Origin: the human T2T-CHM13v2.0 reference genome, Homo sapiens
Direction: 5' to 3' (one strand)
NCBI RefSeq assembly: GCF_009914755.1
Contig: NC_060930.1
Length of the DNA stretch: 64,000 nt
Of the stretch, positions 1 to 22,171 are shown one piece after another (position 1 is the stretch's first letter; each line of letters opens with the position of its first letter). The position numbers were made by a program, and so were the translations under genes. The notes under the pieces were generated by a model. It ran no database searches. It saw only the letters and a program-made list of their open reading frames with translations, and was not told the origin of the DNA.

Positions 1-738
1 TGAGCCCTGTCTCAGCTGTCACACGATGACAATGGACATCAAAGCACTGCTCTTCAGATGAGCAGAAACAGTCGTCTCATGCAATGGTCTGTTCCTTTCT
101 TAGGGAGGAAGCAGCTGAATTTCATGGGCCTGTTTGCTAAGAGCGTTTGGTGGCTTAAAAATCACTGTTTCCATCCTGCTGGGCTCTCTGACAGTAACCC
201 CTGCTCTGTGCCCCTTGGCCTGGAACGTGTTTTCCAGCTGTCCCGGCTGCCTCTTCTCTTGTTCTCTTGTGGGTGCTATTTTCCCACCCACCCCCTTGTA
301 TTTGTCATGTATGGGTGGGTGCTAGTTCACCTTCCCTGTATGTCTTTCTAGGTGCACAGCCCTTCTCCAAATCTATGTGGCTTCTGTGAATTGTCTTCCA
401 CCACTGCCACTATAGAATCAGTGCCTTGGAGTTAGCCCCAACCCTGTCATCCCCCAGCCACCGAAATCCAGAGAGGTGGGACACACACGTCAGCACACAT
501 GCACCTTCCTGGATGCTCCCAGCCCTGCACACAGGTTCATTGGATATGCTCACAGCTGTCAGGTGGCCACCCCAGAGCCTGGCCTGTGTACCTGCTCACA
601 CACTTGAGCACTTGAGGCTAACCAGTGTAATACCCAGGTGGACAACTAGAGCTAGTCCCTGGGCGAGGTGTGGGGGAATTCACAAGAGCAAAACAGCAAG
701 CATCCCTTCTCAGATATGGAAAGCAGACTGAAACCGCA

Positions 739-739
<1 letters not shown>

Positions 740-788
<49 letters not shown>

Positions 789-790
789 GC
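740..790. repeat. (CA)n microsatellite
   Basis: more than 20 perfect CA units. Confidence 0.97.
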
Positions 791-2140
791 ACCCAGCACC
801 CCCCATACCCCCCCACCACCCCCACCCCCTGCCCAGAGGCAGAGATAGAAAACCCCAGCTTTCTGGCTGCTGGGAGTGGTGCTTGGCCTCTGACCTTTCC
901 CGAGTGCTTCCCCTGTTTCTGCAGGAACAGGACACGTGACCACACACACGCCCTTCTCCCGTCTCTGCCACAGGACACTTAGCGTCCTGTAGGCGCTGAC
1001 TCCTATTTCTTTGGATTTTGAGCTCCTCTTCTCGTGCTCCTATTATCTTATTGGCTGCCTGTTTCCCCACGGAAGTGGGTGCAGAGGGAAGCCTCATTCT
1101 GAGGGGAGGAAGATTGGCACCTGAGGTCCTCGGGGAGGGACTGTAGAGGGCCCCAGACTCTTCACTGGCCCAGGTGCTGAAGGGTGGCTTTGCCCCTGAG
1201 GGGTTTTGAAAGGTGACCCAGAATTACAACCTCTAGCTGCTGATGCTGCCCAATGAAGTCAAACCAGCGGGAGGAAATGAGTGGCTGCAGCTCTGTCTAT
1301 TATCAGTACGTTTCTAGAAGATGTCAGCACTGTAGTCCCCCTTAGAAAGGGGAAGAGGAAATGAGAAAACTGGTCTTGCCCAGAAGCAATCTGCATTTCT
1401 TTCTCTTCCTTATCCTTTGTCCCCTAATAATACTGACCTATAAGCCTATTTCTTAGAGCCCAAATTTCTCAAGAAGGCTTGTCCTCTCCCCTCATCTGTG
1501 AACTTTCAATGGCCCAAATAGGCCCAGGCTTTGGGATGGGCACTAAGAGATTGCTGGGGGACCAGTTCCTCCTAAGGGCTTAGAAATTAGAGCCCCTCAC
1601 AGCCTCACAGTCCAGACTGAGATGGACCATCTGAGCGTGTCCTTTACTTTGTCCACTTTGAGGACCTGGTGCGTACTAGTGCCTTACGAGCTGCTGGCCT
1701 TAGAAAGATCCCCCAGTGTTTCTTGATGGTCACCTTGAGGACATGGGGATGGCATTGCTATCAGAGGAGGCTAGGAGGCATCCTGGTGGAAAAGCTGGAC
1801 ACCCCAGCCGTTCCCTCTTTAGATGAAAGAGATACTGCAAGACTCATTCTTGGGCAGTGTAGGCAGGAGAGAACGAATACATAGTGAGAGGATAGAGGAT
1901 TCATGCAATAACATCCCAAGGAGGTGGATCCAAAGCCAGCCGGGGGGTCAAGAGCCACAGTGTCCATTGCAGTGGCCTCTAACCACGTGTTGCTCTTGAG
2001 CCCCTGAAATAGGGCTGCAAGATGCACTACCAAAGTGAACACACTGGGTTTCAGAGACTTGGAATCCAACAAAAGTAAAATATTTCATGGATAACTTTAA
2101 TGTTGATGACATTTTTTAATATTTTGGATATATTGTGTTA

Positions 2141-2460
<320 letters not shown>

Positions 2461-3253
2461 GAGTTAATTTTACCTGTTTTTTTTTTTTAACTTTTTAAAT
2501 ATGGCTACTATAAAATTTAAAATTGTATGTGTGACTTGCATTGTCTCTCTGCCGGACAGCACAGCTCTAGAGACAGTTTTAAGGTCCCCGTTTGGAGGAG
2601 TGGGGTTCTCAAGGGAAAATGAAACCATCTTCAGAGGATGAAACTATCTTCAAGGTGGTTCTCTCACTTCTGTATGTGGCTTCCTTCCTTCAAACTTTCT
2701 TCATCTTTACTCTAGACCACTATTACACTGTAAAAATGAAACAAATTTGTTTACAGTCATCTTTCCAGGGTTTGTTTATTATAATTGTTATGAGGACACC
2801 CCAAATCTTATTTTTACCTCGCTTCAAAAAGTCACAAGAAATGGTGTTAAGTTGTAACATCTTTGTAAGGAACCCCTAGAAAGCCGGCTTGTTTGGTAGG
2901 CTGCCGTCTTCGTGTTTGGATGAGTGCACACACATATGTGTGACCTGGAACGCAGAGGAGCTTGGGTGGATGATTTCCCTTCACCTCTCACCCTGACCAT
3001 GGCCTGGGTGGCCACAGCGGGACCTTGAAGGAAGCCAGCCCTCTCCTGCCCTGACCCAGCACACTGTCTGCTCACCTTCCCAACACCTCTGCACTTGGTG
3101 GGGGAATGTGCCGCCCTTGCTCCTCCGTGCACTTTGCCCTCTTAAGACCTTGGGACCCACTGTCTGTGGGTTCAGTGAACCCCAGAAGAGGCTCCCACAA
3201 GTCTCAGCAAAGCTGCTTGTTCCCACCCATCAACCCTTGTGTTTGCCTTTTAG

Positions 3254-3378
3254 AGCTCTCCAAATCCCAGAATGATATGACTTCTGAGAAGCATCTTCTC
3301 GCCACGGGCCCCAGGCAGTGTGTGGGACAGACAGAGAGACGGAGCCAGTCTGACACTGCGGTCAACGTCACCACCAGG
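3254..3378 (+). CDS. SYTL3: SYTL3 coding exon (linker; (K)LSKSQNDMTSEKHLLATGPRQCVGQTERRSQSDTAVNVTTR)
   Basis: ttttag acceptor ending 3253, gtaccc donor at 3379; 125 nt, ends phase 0; peptide matches recalled human SYTL3 and joins the next exon in frame. Confidence 0.93.
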
Positions 3379-4974
3379 GTACCCTGAGCCCCACAAGGCC
3401 TCCATGCTGATCACCTTCATGTTGTCTTCCAGAACTTTCTAGCCTGCCTTCTCTGTAGATTTATGTTTTCTTTGGTTTTATAGAAAAACAGTAAGCCATC
3501 AGAAAAACATAATTACCAGTCAGTGCCTCTATTTGGGCAGGGCTGGCCCAAGGCAGGTCAGGATTGAAGGTCAGTCTGGAAAACTGTTCAGCACAAGGAA
3601 AGGCTTCCACCTAATCACAAGCCCCTGAGGCTCCTCTGTGTCCACAGAGCTCCCTGCTGGCTTCAAGCCTGCGCCAAAGCCCAAGGGCTTCCTGCAGGGC
3701 CCACACCTGCCGGGTTAGCCCTGGAGTCTGCAAGACCAGCAGCCTTTGGTTAAAATCTATCCTGACCTCTGATGGAAACTATTGAAAACGTAAAGGCGCG
3801 AGCAAGCCTGTGGGGGCGCTCTTCCCCCGCTGTCCACACCACAAGTGAGAGCTCCCTTAGTAAAGGCTTCTAGGGAAATAATTATTCCACCTTCCCACCA
3901 GGACTAACCCAGCCTGGAGTGAACGCTTCGGGTATGAGAGAGAGCCAACCTTAGAATGGGAAAGCCCGCATTCTAGTTCAGCTGAGGTGCCTTGGCTGGG
4001 CAGGTGCCACCAGCTGTTGCTTGCAGTGTTGATGTGACTGCCCTGGTAGGCTGGACAGAACTGGTGTCCCTTCTCTGCTGCTGTGGACTCCACTCAGGCT
4101 GTCCCCAGACAGACTGTCCTTTAGGCGAGGGTGTGAGGTCAGCCCCCCTCTCCTGCTGGAACTTGCACACAGCCTCTTGAGAGTTCACGTCCTGCCTCCC
4201 GCTCCAGCCCAGTGCGCCCCTCTGTAAAATGAAGATGATAATACCTGTTCTGCGCACAGCACAAGGTTTTGTAAACATCTAATGAGATAATGTAGTATCT
4301 TGATTTGCTATCTAAGTCATCTAAATATTTTATCTAAATTGCCAGCATTGACTATGATGTGCTGGACTCTGTACTGATAGCTTAACTAGGCTATCTCATT
4401 TTATCTTCATAACCACCATCTAGGGTAGGTATTGCATGCAGCCTCATTTTACATGTATAGAAATGGAGGTTTAGATTAAGTCACCTGCCAAAGGTTGTAT
4501 AGCCAAAAGAGGACTGAACTCTGAGGCAGTGATTCCCAGCTCTTATGAGTATAGGGGGTCACTGGGGCTCTTAAAATGCAGATTCCAAATCAGTAGCTGC
4601 GGGGTGGACGTGAGATGAGGAACCGCAGATGCATTTTTGGTGAACTCCTGGGATCTGGCGAAGTCTATGCTGTGAAGTTCTCAGACCACACTTCAGGAGC
4701 GAGGTGTCTAGACAGTTTGAAATGTATTTGGCAGGTGTTTGAAATTCTATAACACAAGTGTCAGCTCCTGTCAGCTTCCCGGGGTCTACAGAAGCTCCCT
4801 CCGAACTCCCTCCGGGGATCACTCCTTCTAGTGAAACAGGTGGAGGGGAGGGTTAGCAACCATATGAAGCCCTGTGTGCCACACGTGGTGGCAGCATTGC
4901 TTCTTACCTACTTCATCACATTTAATTCTCACAAAAATACCGTGGTAGACATTGTTACTCCCATGATAAAGATC

Positions 4975-8535
<3,561 letters not shown>

Positions 8536-9669
8536 TAACAGCTACTTTTTAAGGCTTTTAGTTCATGCTGCCAAGTTGCCCTCCACTGACGTTGACTCCA
8601 TTTACCTGACCACTGGCAAGGCAGAGTCACGTGTTTTCCAGCACTCTTGCCAACATTCAACTTTGTACCTTTTTTTTTCCTCGAAATGTTTATTATAGTA
8701 AAATACACATAAGACTTACCATCTGTGCCGTTTTAAGTGTATAGTTCGCGGCATTGAAAACATTGCTAATGTTGTGCACCTGTCACCACCATCCATCTCC
8801 AGGACTTTCTTCTAGTAAAACTCAACTTTATAATTTTTAACATTTGCCAATATAATGGGCAGTTATTTAAAATGTGCCTTTCTTTAACTGCAGGTAAGCT
8901 TTTTCTCCTACTTTTTCCTCTGGCACACCTTCATTCTTGAACCCCTCCCATTGGATCTTCTGGCTTTTCCAGCCTCTGGCTCCTCCGCTGTAGCTTTGAT
9001 TGACACTTCTGTCACACCTTTAGTGTCCCCTCAGACAACATCACACATCCCCTATGTGTTTGTGATCTGTGTCCACGTGTCTACGTGTCTGTAGGTCTAG
9101 GACGTGCTTTCTGTTTAACCGTCACCAGCTGCTCCAGGTGGAAGGCCTTCCCTCTCAGGCTTACCCCAGCCAGCCTCAGCATCCTCTCGGGTGATTGCAG
9201 CCTCACTGAAGACCATCCCCCAGAGGCCTGCGTGCTGGAGAAACTGTCCCTGGCCTCTTTCCCATTGACCTGGCTGGTGCTTCCATTTGAATGGTGTCTC
9301 TGTCTTCCTACTAGCTAGTGAGCTCTTGGAGGATGGACGTTTCATCTTCTCCTCTTTCTTCTCTCTTCCTCCCCTTCTACTCTTCCAGCCCCCAGAATTT
9401 AGCATAGTGGTGTGAATATAGTGTTGCTTAATAAATAAATGTCTGTAGGAATTAAGTTGGCATTCTGGGGATGGAAAGCATAAATAATTTGGAGGTAATC
9501 CTTTCTTTCATTTGTTCTATCATATTCTCACTTAGTATTTTCTTCCTGAAAATTATGACTGTGGGGCAACTGTTGTATTTCTGAGTTCTGCTTTCAACCC
9601 ACCACCAAAAACTAAAGTCTCCACTTGGAAACTGTATATTTTCAGTCATTAAGAGGTTTTCCCACCTTG

Positions 9670-9870
9670 CCCATTGTGTTCCAATGGAACTTTTCTGCAG
9701 GGATGGGAATGATCTTTATGTGAGCTGTCCACACAATGCCCAGGGCTGCATGTGGCCATGGAGCATTTGAAATGGGTCTAGCGCAACTGAGAAGTTAAGT
9801 TTGTTTGATTTCAATTAATTTAAGTAGTCATGTGTGGCTAGTGACTACCATATTGGAAAACACAACTGTA
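9670..9870. mobile_element. MER3-like DNA element
   Basis: tccaatggaac...catgtggcc...catgtgtggctagtgactaccatattgg. Confidence 0.6.
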
Positions 9871-9888
9871 TACATCATAGAAATGTCA

Positions 9889-10179
<291 letters not shown>

Positions 10180-10467
10180 TCAAAAAAAGAAAGAAAAAAT
10201 AAAAAAAGCATCAACTGTTAGCAAAGTATTTTTAGAAAATTTAGAGACATATTTTGATTTTTCCCTTTTTATAAGCATCTTAGAGCTAAAACTCTGCTTA
10301 TCAGGCTAATTATTATATATCAAGTGATTAAATGCCAGGACCATTTATTAAGGCTAAAATTTGGACTTAAGACTTTTACTAATCCACGAGTAATCTACCC
10401 ATGACTGTTCATGACTATCCCAAAGCTGGATGTTGTCTGTCTCTGGGCCCTGTGTGCTTGCATGCGC

Positions 10468-10505
10468 GTGTGTGGTGTGTGTGTGCGTGTGTGTGTGTGT
10501 GTGCG
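10468..10505. repeat. Imperfect (TG)n microsatellite
   Basis: direct inspection. Confidence 0.85.
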
Positions 10506-10662
10506 CACGTGCACGCATTTACCAAATGCAGGTGTGTCCTCCTACTCAGAAGTTTGCATGTTAGTAACATCAAGTCATAGATGCTTGCTGAAGTCACCAC
10601 ATTTGAACAAAACCAAACTGGGATGGAGACTATAATATTAATTTCTGTTTTTCCTTCTCCAG

Positions 10663-10797
10663 AAGGTCAGTGCACCAGATATTCTGAAACCTCTCAATCA
10701 AGAGGATCCCAAATGCTCTACTAACCCTATTTTGAAGCAACAGAATCTCCCATCCAGTCCGGCACCCAGTACCATATTCTCTGGAGGTTTTAGACAC
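10663..10797 (+). CDS. SYTL3: SYTL3 coding exon (KVSAPDILKPLNQEDPK...FSGGFRH)
   Basis: polypyrimidine tract plus cag acceptor, gtgagt donor at 10798; 135 nt, phase 0/0. Confidence 0.93.
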
Positions 10798-10817
10798 GTG
10801 AGTCTCATTCCAATGCT

Positions 10818-13044
<2,227 letters not shown>

Positions 13045-13239
13045 TGACATCAGTAGACAAGGGGAGGGATGAGCTGTCGCCTTGTGAGAGAAACTGGAAT
13101 GTGACAATAGAACTTGGAAGTGATATTTTACTTAGGTTGGGATTTGGGGAAACCCTTGCTATACTTTGAGAGTGGTTTTCTTTTTTACATCTTATGATGA
13201 ACATTTTCATACATATGGGAGTAATAATAAATATTGGTG

Positions 13240-13760
13240 TCTTTTGATTTTGTGTTTTTATAATTTTGATGAAGTCTGATTTGGCAGCATGTTCTTTTAC
13301 GGTTAAGTCTGTGTCTCGTCCATCTGCAAGTCATGAAGATATTCTCCCATGTTTTCATCTAGAAATTTAGAAAAGTTTAGCTTTTACCTTCAGGGCTGTG
13401 CTCCAGCTCGTTACTATTTTTGTGTGTGAGTGAATGGTGTAAGGTAGAGATTGGGGCTCATTTTTTTCCATATGGATATTTAGTCAACCTAATACCACTT
13501 GTTAAAAAAAAAAGAAAAAAAAAGACTGTTGTATCCCACAGTGACTTTGGCATCTTGGTTGGAAATCAAATGTCCACATAAGTGTGGATCTCCTTATGGA
13601 CTCTCTGTTCTGCTCCAGTGATCTCTTCGTCTGTCCTTATGCCAAGACCACACTATCCTGAGTACTGTATCTTTGTAGTAAGTCTTGAAGTTGGATATTA
13701 TAAGTCTTCCAATTTGGTTCTTCTTTTTCAAGATTGCTTTGTGATGTTTTAAATGTATTC
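13240..13760 (-). mobile_element. Old L1 ORF2 fragment
   Basis: minus-strand peptide AILKKKNQIGRL..NFKTYYK..VW.WHKDR..DHW typical of L1 ORF2. Confidence 0.75.
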
Positions 13761-14328
13761 TCTGTGTATAGGTAGGCATTTTAATTCATTCGTTCATTCA
13801 TTTGTTTATTAAAAAACATTAAGGCCGGGCGCGGTGGCTCATGCCTGTAATCCCAGCACTTTGGGAGGCCAAGGCGGGTGGATCATGAGGTCAGGAGATC
13901 GAGACCATCCTGGCTAACAAGGTGAAACCCCTTCTCTACTAAAAATACAAAAAATTAGCCGGGCGCGGTGGCGCCACTGCACTCCAGCCTGGGTGGCTAA
14001 CATGGTGAAACCTCGTCTCTACTAAAAAAATATAAATAAATAAAACACAAAAAATTAGCCAGGCGTGATGGCAGGCGCCTGTAGTCCCAGCTACTCAGGA
14101 GGCTGAGGCAGGAGGCTGAGGCAGGAGGATGGAGTGAACCTGGGAGGTGGGGCTTTCTGTGAACCAAGATCACGCCACTGCACTCCAGCCTGGGCGACAG
14201 AGCGAGACTCTGTCTCAAAAAACAAATAAACAAAAAACATTGAGTGTTTACTTTTTTGCCTAGAATTGTGACGCATGGTATAATAGGTGGATTCTTGGGT
14301 GAGGGGCCATAATGCTTCAATTAACACT

Positions 14329-14662
14329 TGTGTTAGTCCATCCATGTTGCTGTAACAAAATATCACAGGCTGGGTAATTTATAAACAATAGAAATTTATT
14401 TTTCATGGTCCTAGACACTGGGAAGTTCAGGATCTCAAGGCATGGACAGGACTGGTGTCTAGTGGTCTGTTCCTCATAGATGGCTCTAAGTCTCTTCCTC
14501 ACATGGTGAAAAGGATGGAAGGGCAAGAGGGTCCAGTGCTGTGTGCAGCCTCTTATAAAGGCCTGAATCCCATTCACTAGAGCCCCACCCTCATGACTTA
14601 TTCAGTTCCCAGAGGCCCCACCTCTTCATACTATCACATTGGCAATTACATTTCAACATGTG
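14329..14662. mobile_element. MaLR LTR (MST/MLT1-like)
   Basis: tgtgttagtccat...gctgggtaatttataaacaatagaaatttatt...cccaccctcatgac motifs. Confidence 0.7.
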
Positions 14663-15034
14663 GATACTTGGATCTTTCAAGCTGCCTGCTTAGCCCCTTT
14701 CCAAGTGTACTGTACTTTACTTTCTTTTTCTTTTTTTTTTTTTTTTTTGAGACAGAGTCTCGCTTTGTCACGTAGGCTGGAGTTTAGTGGTGCGATCTCA
14801 GCTCACTGCAAGCTCCGCCTCTCTGGTTCACGCCATTCTCCTGCCTCAGCCTCCTGAGTAGCTGGGACTACAGGCGCCCGCCACCACGCCCGGCTAATCT
14901 TTTGTATTTTTAGTAGAGACAGGGTTTCACCGTGTTAGCCAGGATGGTCTTGATCTCCTGACCTTGTGATCCGCTCGCCTTGGCCTCCCAAAGTGCTGGG
15001 ATTACATATATAAGCTATTGCACCCGGCCAACGT

Positions 15035-15638
15035 TTTTTTTTTAAAGTTTCCTTTTTTTGTTAAAGGATAATAATAAATGTTAAAAATAATAATTTCTTT
15101 TAAAGACTTTCTTCAAGCCTCCTTGCTTTGTGCTCATAACTCTTTGTTAAGCCCTATCCTATGTAGCTGTTAGATACAAAGGAATAAGTACATTCTGTGT
15201 CCTTGTACTTTAACCAAGATATTTGTGCTGAATATGCTCACAGGCACATTCCAGCTTGCAGCCTATGCCCCTTCCTTATTTGGAAATACTACTTTTCTAA
15301 GTCCTTTTGCAAGCAACTTCCTCTTTTCCTTTGTTCTCTATTGCCTATACCTATTTTTAAAAGTTTTAAATTATTAGCCAGTCAGGTTTTAGATTGTAAG
15401 GTCTGGCTCCAGCCAATGGAGACAAAACACAGCAGCGGGGACAAGCTGCGTAAAGGATAAAAATTGCTTCCCTCCATTGTTCAGGTGTGCTGTCGTCATT
15501 GTTCCATCTGTAAGGAGCACCCTTTCTGCAGAAAGTAAAATTGCCCTGCTAAAAAAACTTTTTGTCTAAATGCTAATTTTTCCTTATAGTAGTAAGGAAC
15601 AAGCATTCTGTTTCTAAATAAACATTTTACTTATAACA
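15035..15638 (+). mobile_element. ERV 5' LTR (5' end obscured by adjacent Alu)
   Basis: direct repeat of 18158-19397; ends ...ttataaCA just before the PBS. Confidence 0.85.
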
Positions 15639-15641
15639 AAA

Positions 15642-15659
15642 TGGTGGCCCGTACGGGGA
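15642..15659 (+). other. Primer binding site complementary to the tRNA-Ile(AAU) 3' end
   Basis: TGGTGGCCCGTACGGGGA, 3 nt after the LTR end. Confidence 0.88.
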
Positions 15660-16084
15660 TACACTCCTCCAGGGGCGGTCTCTAGTCCTCTCTCATGAGG
15701 AGGCGCCCCACTGCCTCGTTGCGGTGGCCTCTGGGGTAAGGAATCGAGACCCACCCTGTGTGACGAATAAACCTGGACTCTCAGCAACGCGGAAAGAAAG
15801 CAGCCAGTAACCTGGAGTGCAGGGTCCTCACATACCACGCGGGCCAGGTAACCTCATGCATAAGACAAGGAAGGAAATACCGGAGGAGCTGGTAAAATAT
15901 TTCCTTGGTGGTCAGGACTAAGGAAAGAAAAGCTGCGGGGCGGTAAAGCATTCCTTGGTTAGGACATACCTAGGTAAGAGAAACCGCAGGGGCGGTAAAG
16001 CATTCCTTAGGACTGAAGAAAGAAAAGCCGCCAGGGGGCGGGTCGGGGTGGGGCGGTGAAGTATTCCTTAGTCAGGATGTCTTA

Positions 16085-16670
<586 letters not shown>

Positions 16671-16754
16671 TCATCACCTTCAGAATCATGGGCCATTGTT
16701 CCAAAGTTATCTCTCTTTTTCTTTTCTTCCCTTTACTTCCCATCTTATAACTAA

Positions 16755-16961
<207 letters not shown>

Positions 16962-17479
16962 TAGCCAGGATGATCTTGATCTCCTGACCTCATGATCCAC
17001 CCACCTTGGCCTTCCAAAGTGCTGGGATTACAGGCGTGAGCCACCGTGCCTGGCCAACATAACTAAATCTAACTCACCTCAAGTTATTACTTTTAATGCC
17101 TGTTTAATTATGCCTTATAAAGATTTACATAACCAAAAACAGCTTACTACTTCAGAAAAATATCTCTGTCCCTCTTGGACTTCCTCAAATTAGGAAGACA
17201 TAGTAAGTTCCTTTAAGAATACTAGTAATCCAGAGAATAGTAGCTGTATTAGTAAAAATCAGACTCTTGTCCTTCTGAAACAAAATCTCTATGTTCTGCT
17301 TAGTCTAATGTCCTATACAACACTAAAGGTTTAAAATAGACTGCTTCCATAGGTCTTTGTCAGTCCTTAAATCCATATATCCATTTCACCAAAAGAATTA
17401 CTCCTTCTAGTTGTCAATCTCCTTCAACCACTCCATCAATCACTCCTCCCAAGCACAAGGACAAGACTGAAGTCTCTAT

Positions 17480-18050
17480 AGTAAAGGTGAAAAACCTAAG
17501 GCAAACGATAGCAATGAAGACAAGGTATCAAAATATAAATGCCTGGCTAAAATGGATTAAATTTTCCATCCGCACTCTAAATAAAAGCGACTGTTACGCG
17601 TGTGCGCACGGTAGGCCAGAGGCCCAGCTTGTCCCCTTTCCACTCGGACAGTCCTCTAATCGACAAGACGTAGACTGCATAGTAGGTCCTTTTCAAAATC
17701 CCACAGCCTAGGATAGTAAACTGTGCCAGACTCTCTCTGCTATTTCCTAAAGTGCAGTACCCTGCAGGTCAGCCCTCAAGGGCCATCCAGCCTCCATCTT
17801 CCAAGACCAGTTTTACCTCGTGTCTCCAATGACGAAGGAAAAATTTGGCGTACCTTAAAGACTTAATAGGATGCAGTAACGTCAGGCACTTCCAAGAGCT
17901 AACCCATCAGTCCACCCTTATTCATCTCCAAGTGAACGTATGTTAGTATTGTAAAAAACCTTTACTAGACACTCTGCCAAATAATTAAAGCAGTACTTAT
18001 GCTGTAGTTCAATTGGCTATCCCTTTTACCCTGGCATTTCATCAACCAAA
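17480..18050 (+). pseudogene. ERV env remnant
   Basis: NAWLKWIKFSIRTLNKSDCYACAHGRPEAQ (CxxC motif) and YCKKPLLDTLPNN*SSTYAVVQLAIPFTLAFHQP. Confidence 0.8.
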
Positions 18051-18157
18051 AAAACCCTTTCTTTTAAAAACTCAAGCAAAACAGCTAAGCCAAAACATGT
18101 TTTAAAAGTTTAAAAAGAAAAAAAAAAAAAAACACTGTAAAATCAAAAGGAGGGAAT

Positions 18158-19397
<1,240 letters not shown>

Positions 19398-21202
19398 GGG
19401 GTGGAGGGGTTGGGATGAGACTGTGCCTTCATAGACAGCCAGTGGGCCAGTTTCTACTAATCTGCCCAGGGTCCCACTAGATTGGAGTCTGAGCTCCTTC
19501 AAGGGCCAGAATCACATCCTTGTAGCCCTAGAAACCAACACATAGCCAAGTACGTGGGCTTGGATCCACCCCATGACAGCCGGTGGGATCCTGTGTGACC
19601 TGCCCACCACTCTGGCCCGACCTCACCAGCTCTCACCTACCCCATCGCTCATTCCACTCAGCTGCAGGGCCACTGACTGGTGCTGGGACCCCCAGACACA
19701 TCCCACCTCCAGGCATTTCTGTACCCTTCCCTCCCAGACATCACAAGTCATGCAGTCCCTTCCTTTAAGGCTTTGTTCCAAGCCACCTTCTCAGGGAGCT
19801 CCCCCTGCCCCACTCCCCCCACCTGCTCTATGTTAATCCATGTCCTCACCACCCCGACATGCTATAGAGTTGGCTCATCTGTTGGGTATTGTCTGTGTCA
19901 CCTCCCCACTAGACTCTAATTCCCAAGAGCTGTATCCAACACTTAAATGGCCTCAATAAATGTTTGTTGAGTGATTGGGTTAATCCTAATCATAGTTACC
20001 ATTTATTGAAAGCCCAAGGCAGGTGCTTCACAGCTCAGTCATTCTCACAAAGATCTTGTTATGGAAGGTGCTGTTATCCCATTTCACAAATGAGGAACCT
20101 GAGGTTCACAGAGTTTAAAGCGACTTGCTGAGGTCCTGAGATGACTGTAGAACTCTGATTCAAACCAGGGGCCTGGGGAGTCCATACCGGGGAGTCCAGG
20201 CTTTTCACACTATCCCACAGGCGTTTTGTACTCTTACATTGAGCAGTTTTCCTGACCCATGCTGCCTGGTTCAGCCTCACTCACTCAGGGCCAGTCCACA
20301 CGTAGAAGCAGGGAACCAGGATGCTAGCCTAGGGAGAGGTGGGGTGAGCAAATCCATCTTAGTCCCTTTGCTGCTTAGGGACTTTTTGTTGGAAAACAAA
20401 AATTTGTTTTTAACAGCCCCATCAGTGGCATATGAGATTATGCAATTCCCCATATACTCATTAACTTTGAGTATTAATCAGATTTTACACATACACACAT
20501 GGATGATGTTAATTTTATAATTATTAACTATGCCTAACTAAATCATAGTGCAAATTCAGTAGGGCTGTCTATTCTCACCCATTTTTCTAAAGTTTTCTCT
20601 GATTTGTGCCCTTAAAATTTATAATCATGTTACTATGCATTGAATCGTAACCTGTTCCCTTTAGGCTGAAGCAGCATTTATTTGAGGAAACTGAACTCCC
20701 ACAAAACAAACCACTGATTATTGCTTCTTGCTAAAGGTGTTGCCTTCCCTTCTGAGAAATATTTACATTCTCTGAGAAACAAGGATCGGAGTAAAAACAA
20801 AAAACAAAAAACCCAGCTTATTAAAATTCCACTTATTACAGAAGTATAAAGCCAGATCTAGACAACAAATAGGGAAAATCATTTAACCTCCCAAGTAGGC
20901 AAATCAGTGCAAAATTAAAGCAAGCTGTTATTTTGGGACCACTTTAGTAAATTTTAAAAATAATAGAGCTCCGTGTTGGTAAGGTGTAGGGTAGCAGGCG
21001 TTCTTACAAACTGCAGGGTGAGCAGAAACTGTTACAACTTTTCTAGAGGGCAATTAGCAATAGATGTCAGAAGCTTTTACTTGTTCTCTTTAGTTGAACT
21101 CTCTTTAGTTGAAGAACTTCAGTCACAGGAACTACTCTTTAAAAATTATCATGAATGTTGGCCAAAATGTGCATACATAGATGTCCCAGACAGCATTGTT
21201 TA

Positions 21203-21514
<312 letters not shown>

Positions 21515-21625
21515 TCAAAAAAAGAAAAACTGTCAACAACCAAAATGTCAAGAGAAAGTTAAATTATGGAGAATGTGCACACAGTATTATTCTAACTGTA
21601 TAAATTTCAAAATCAGGTAAAACTA

Positions 21626-22171
<546 letters not shown>

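Noticed and set aside
618-1097. ORFs with HTHTHT or VCVCVC runs
   Set aside because: Produced by the (CA)n microsatellite.
15642-15660. tRNA-Ile gene
   Set aside because: Only the 18-19 nt complement of the tRNA 3' end including CCA, located next to an LTR, so it is a PBS.
15885-16080. Repeat-spacer-like pattern resembling a CRISPR array
   Set aside because: These are diverged tandem repeats in a retroviral leader within vertebrate DNA; the spacers are related to each other and no cas genes are present.
17487-17711. env ORF as a functional syncytin-like gene
   Set aside because: Only 74 codons, ended by a probable TGG>TAG change; no signal peptide or TM subunit is visible.
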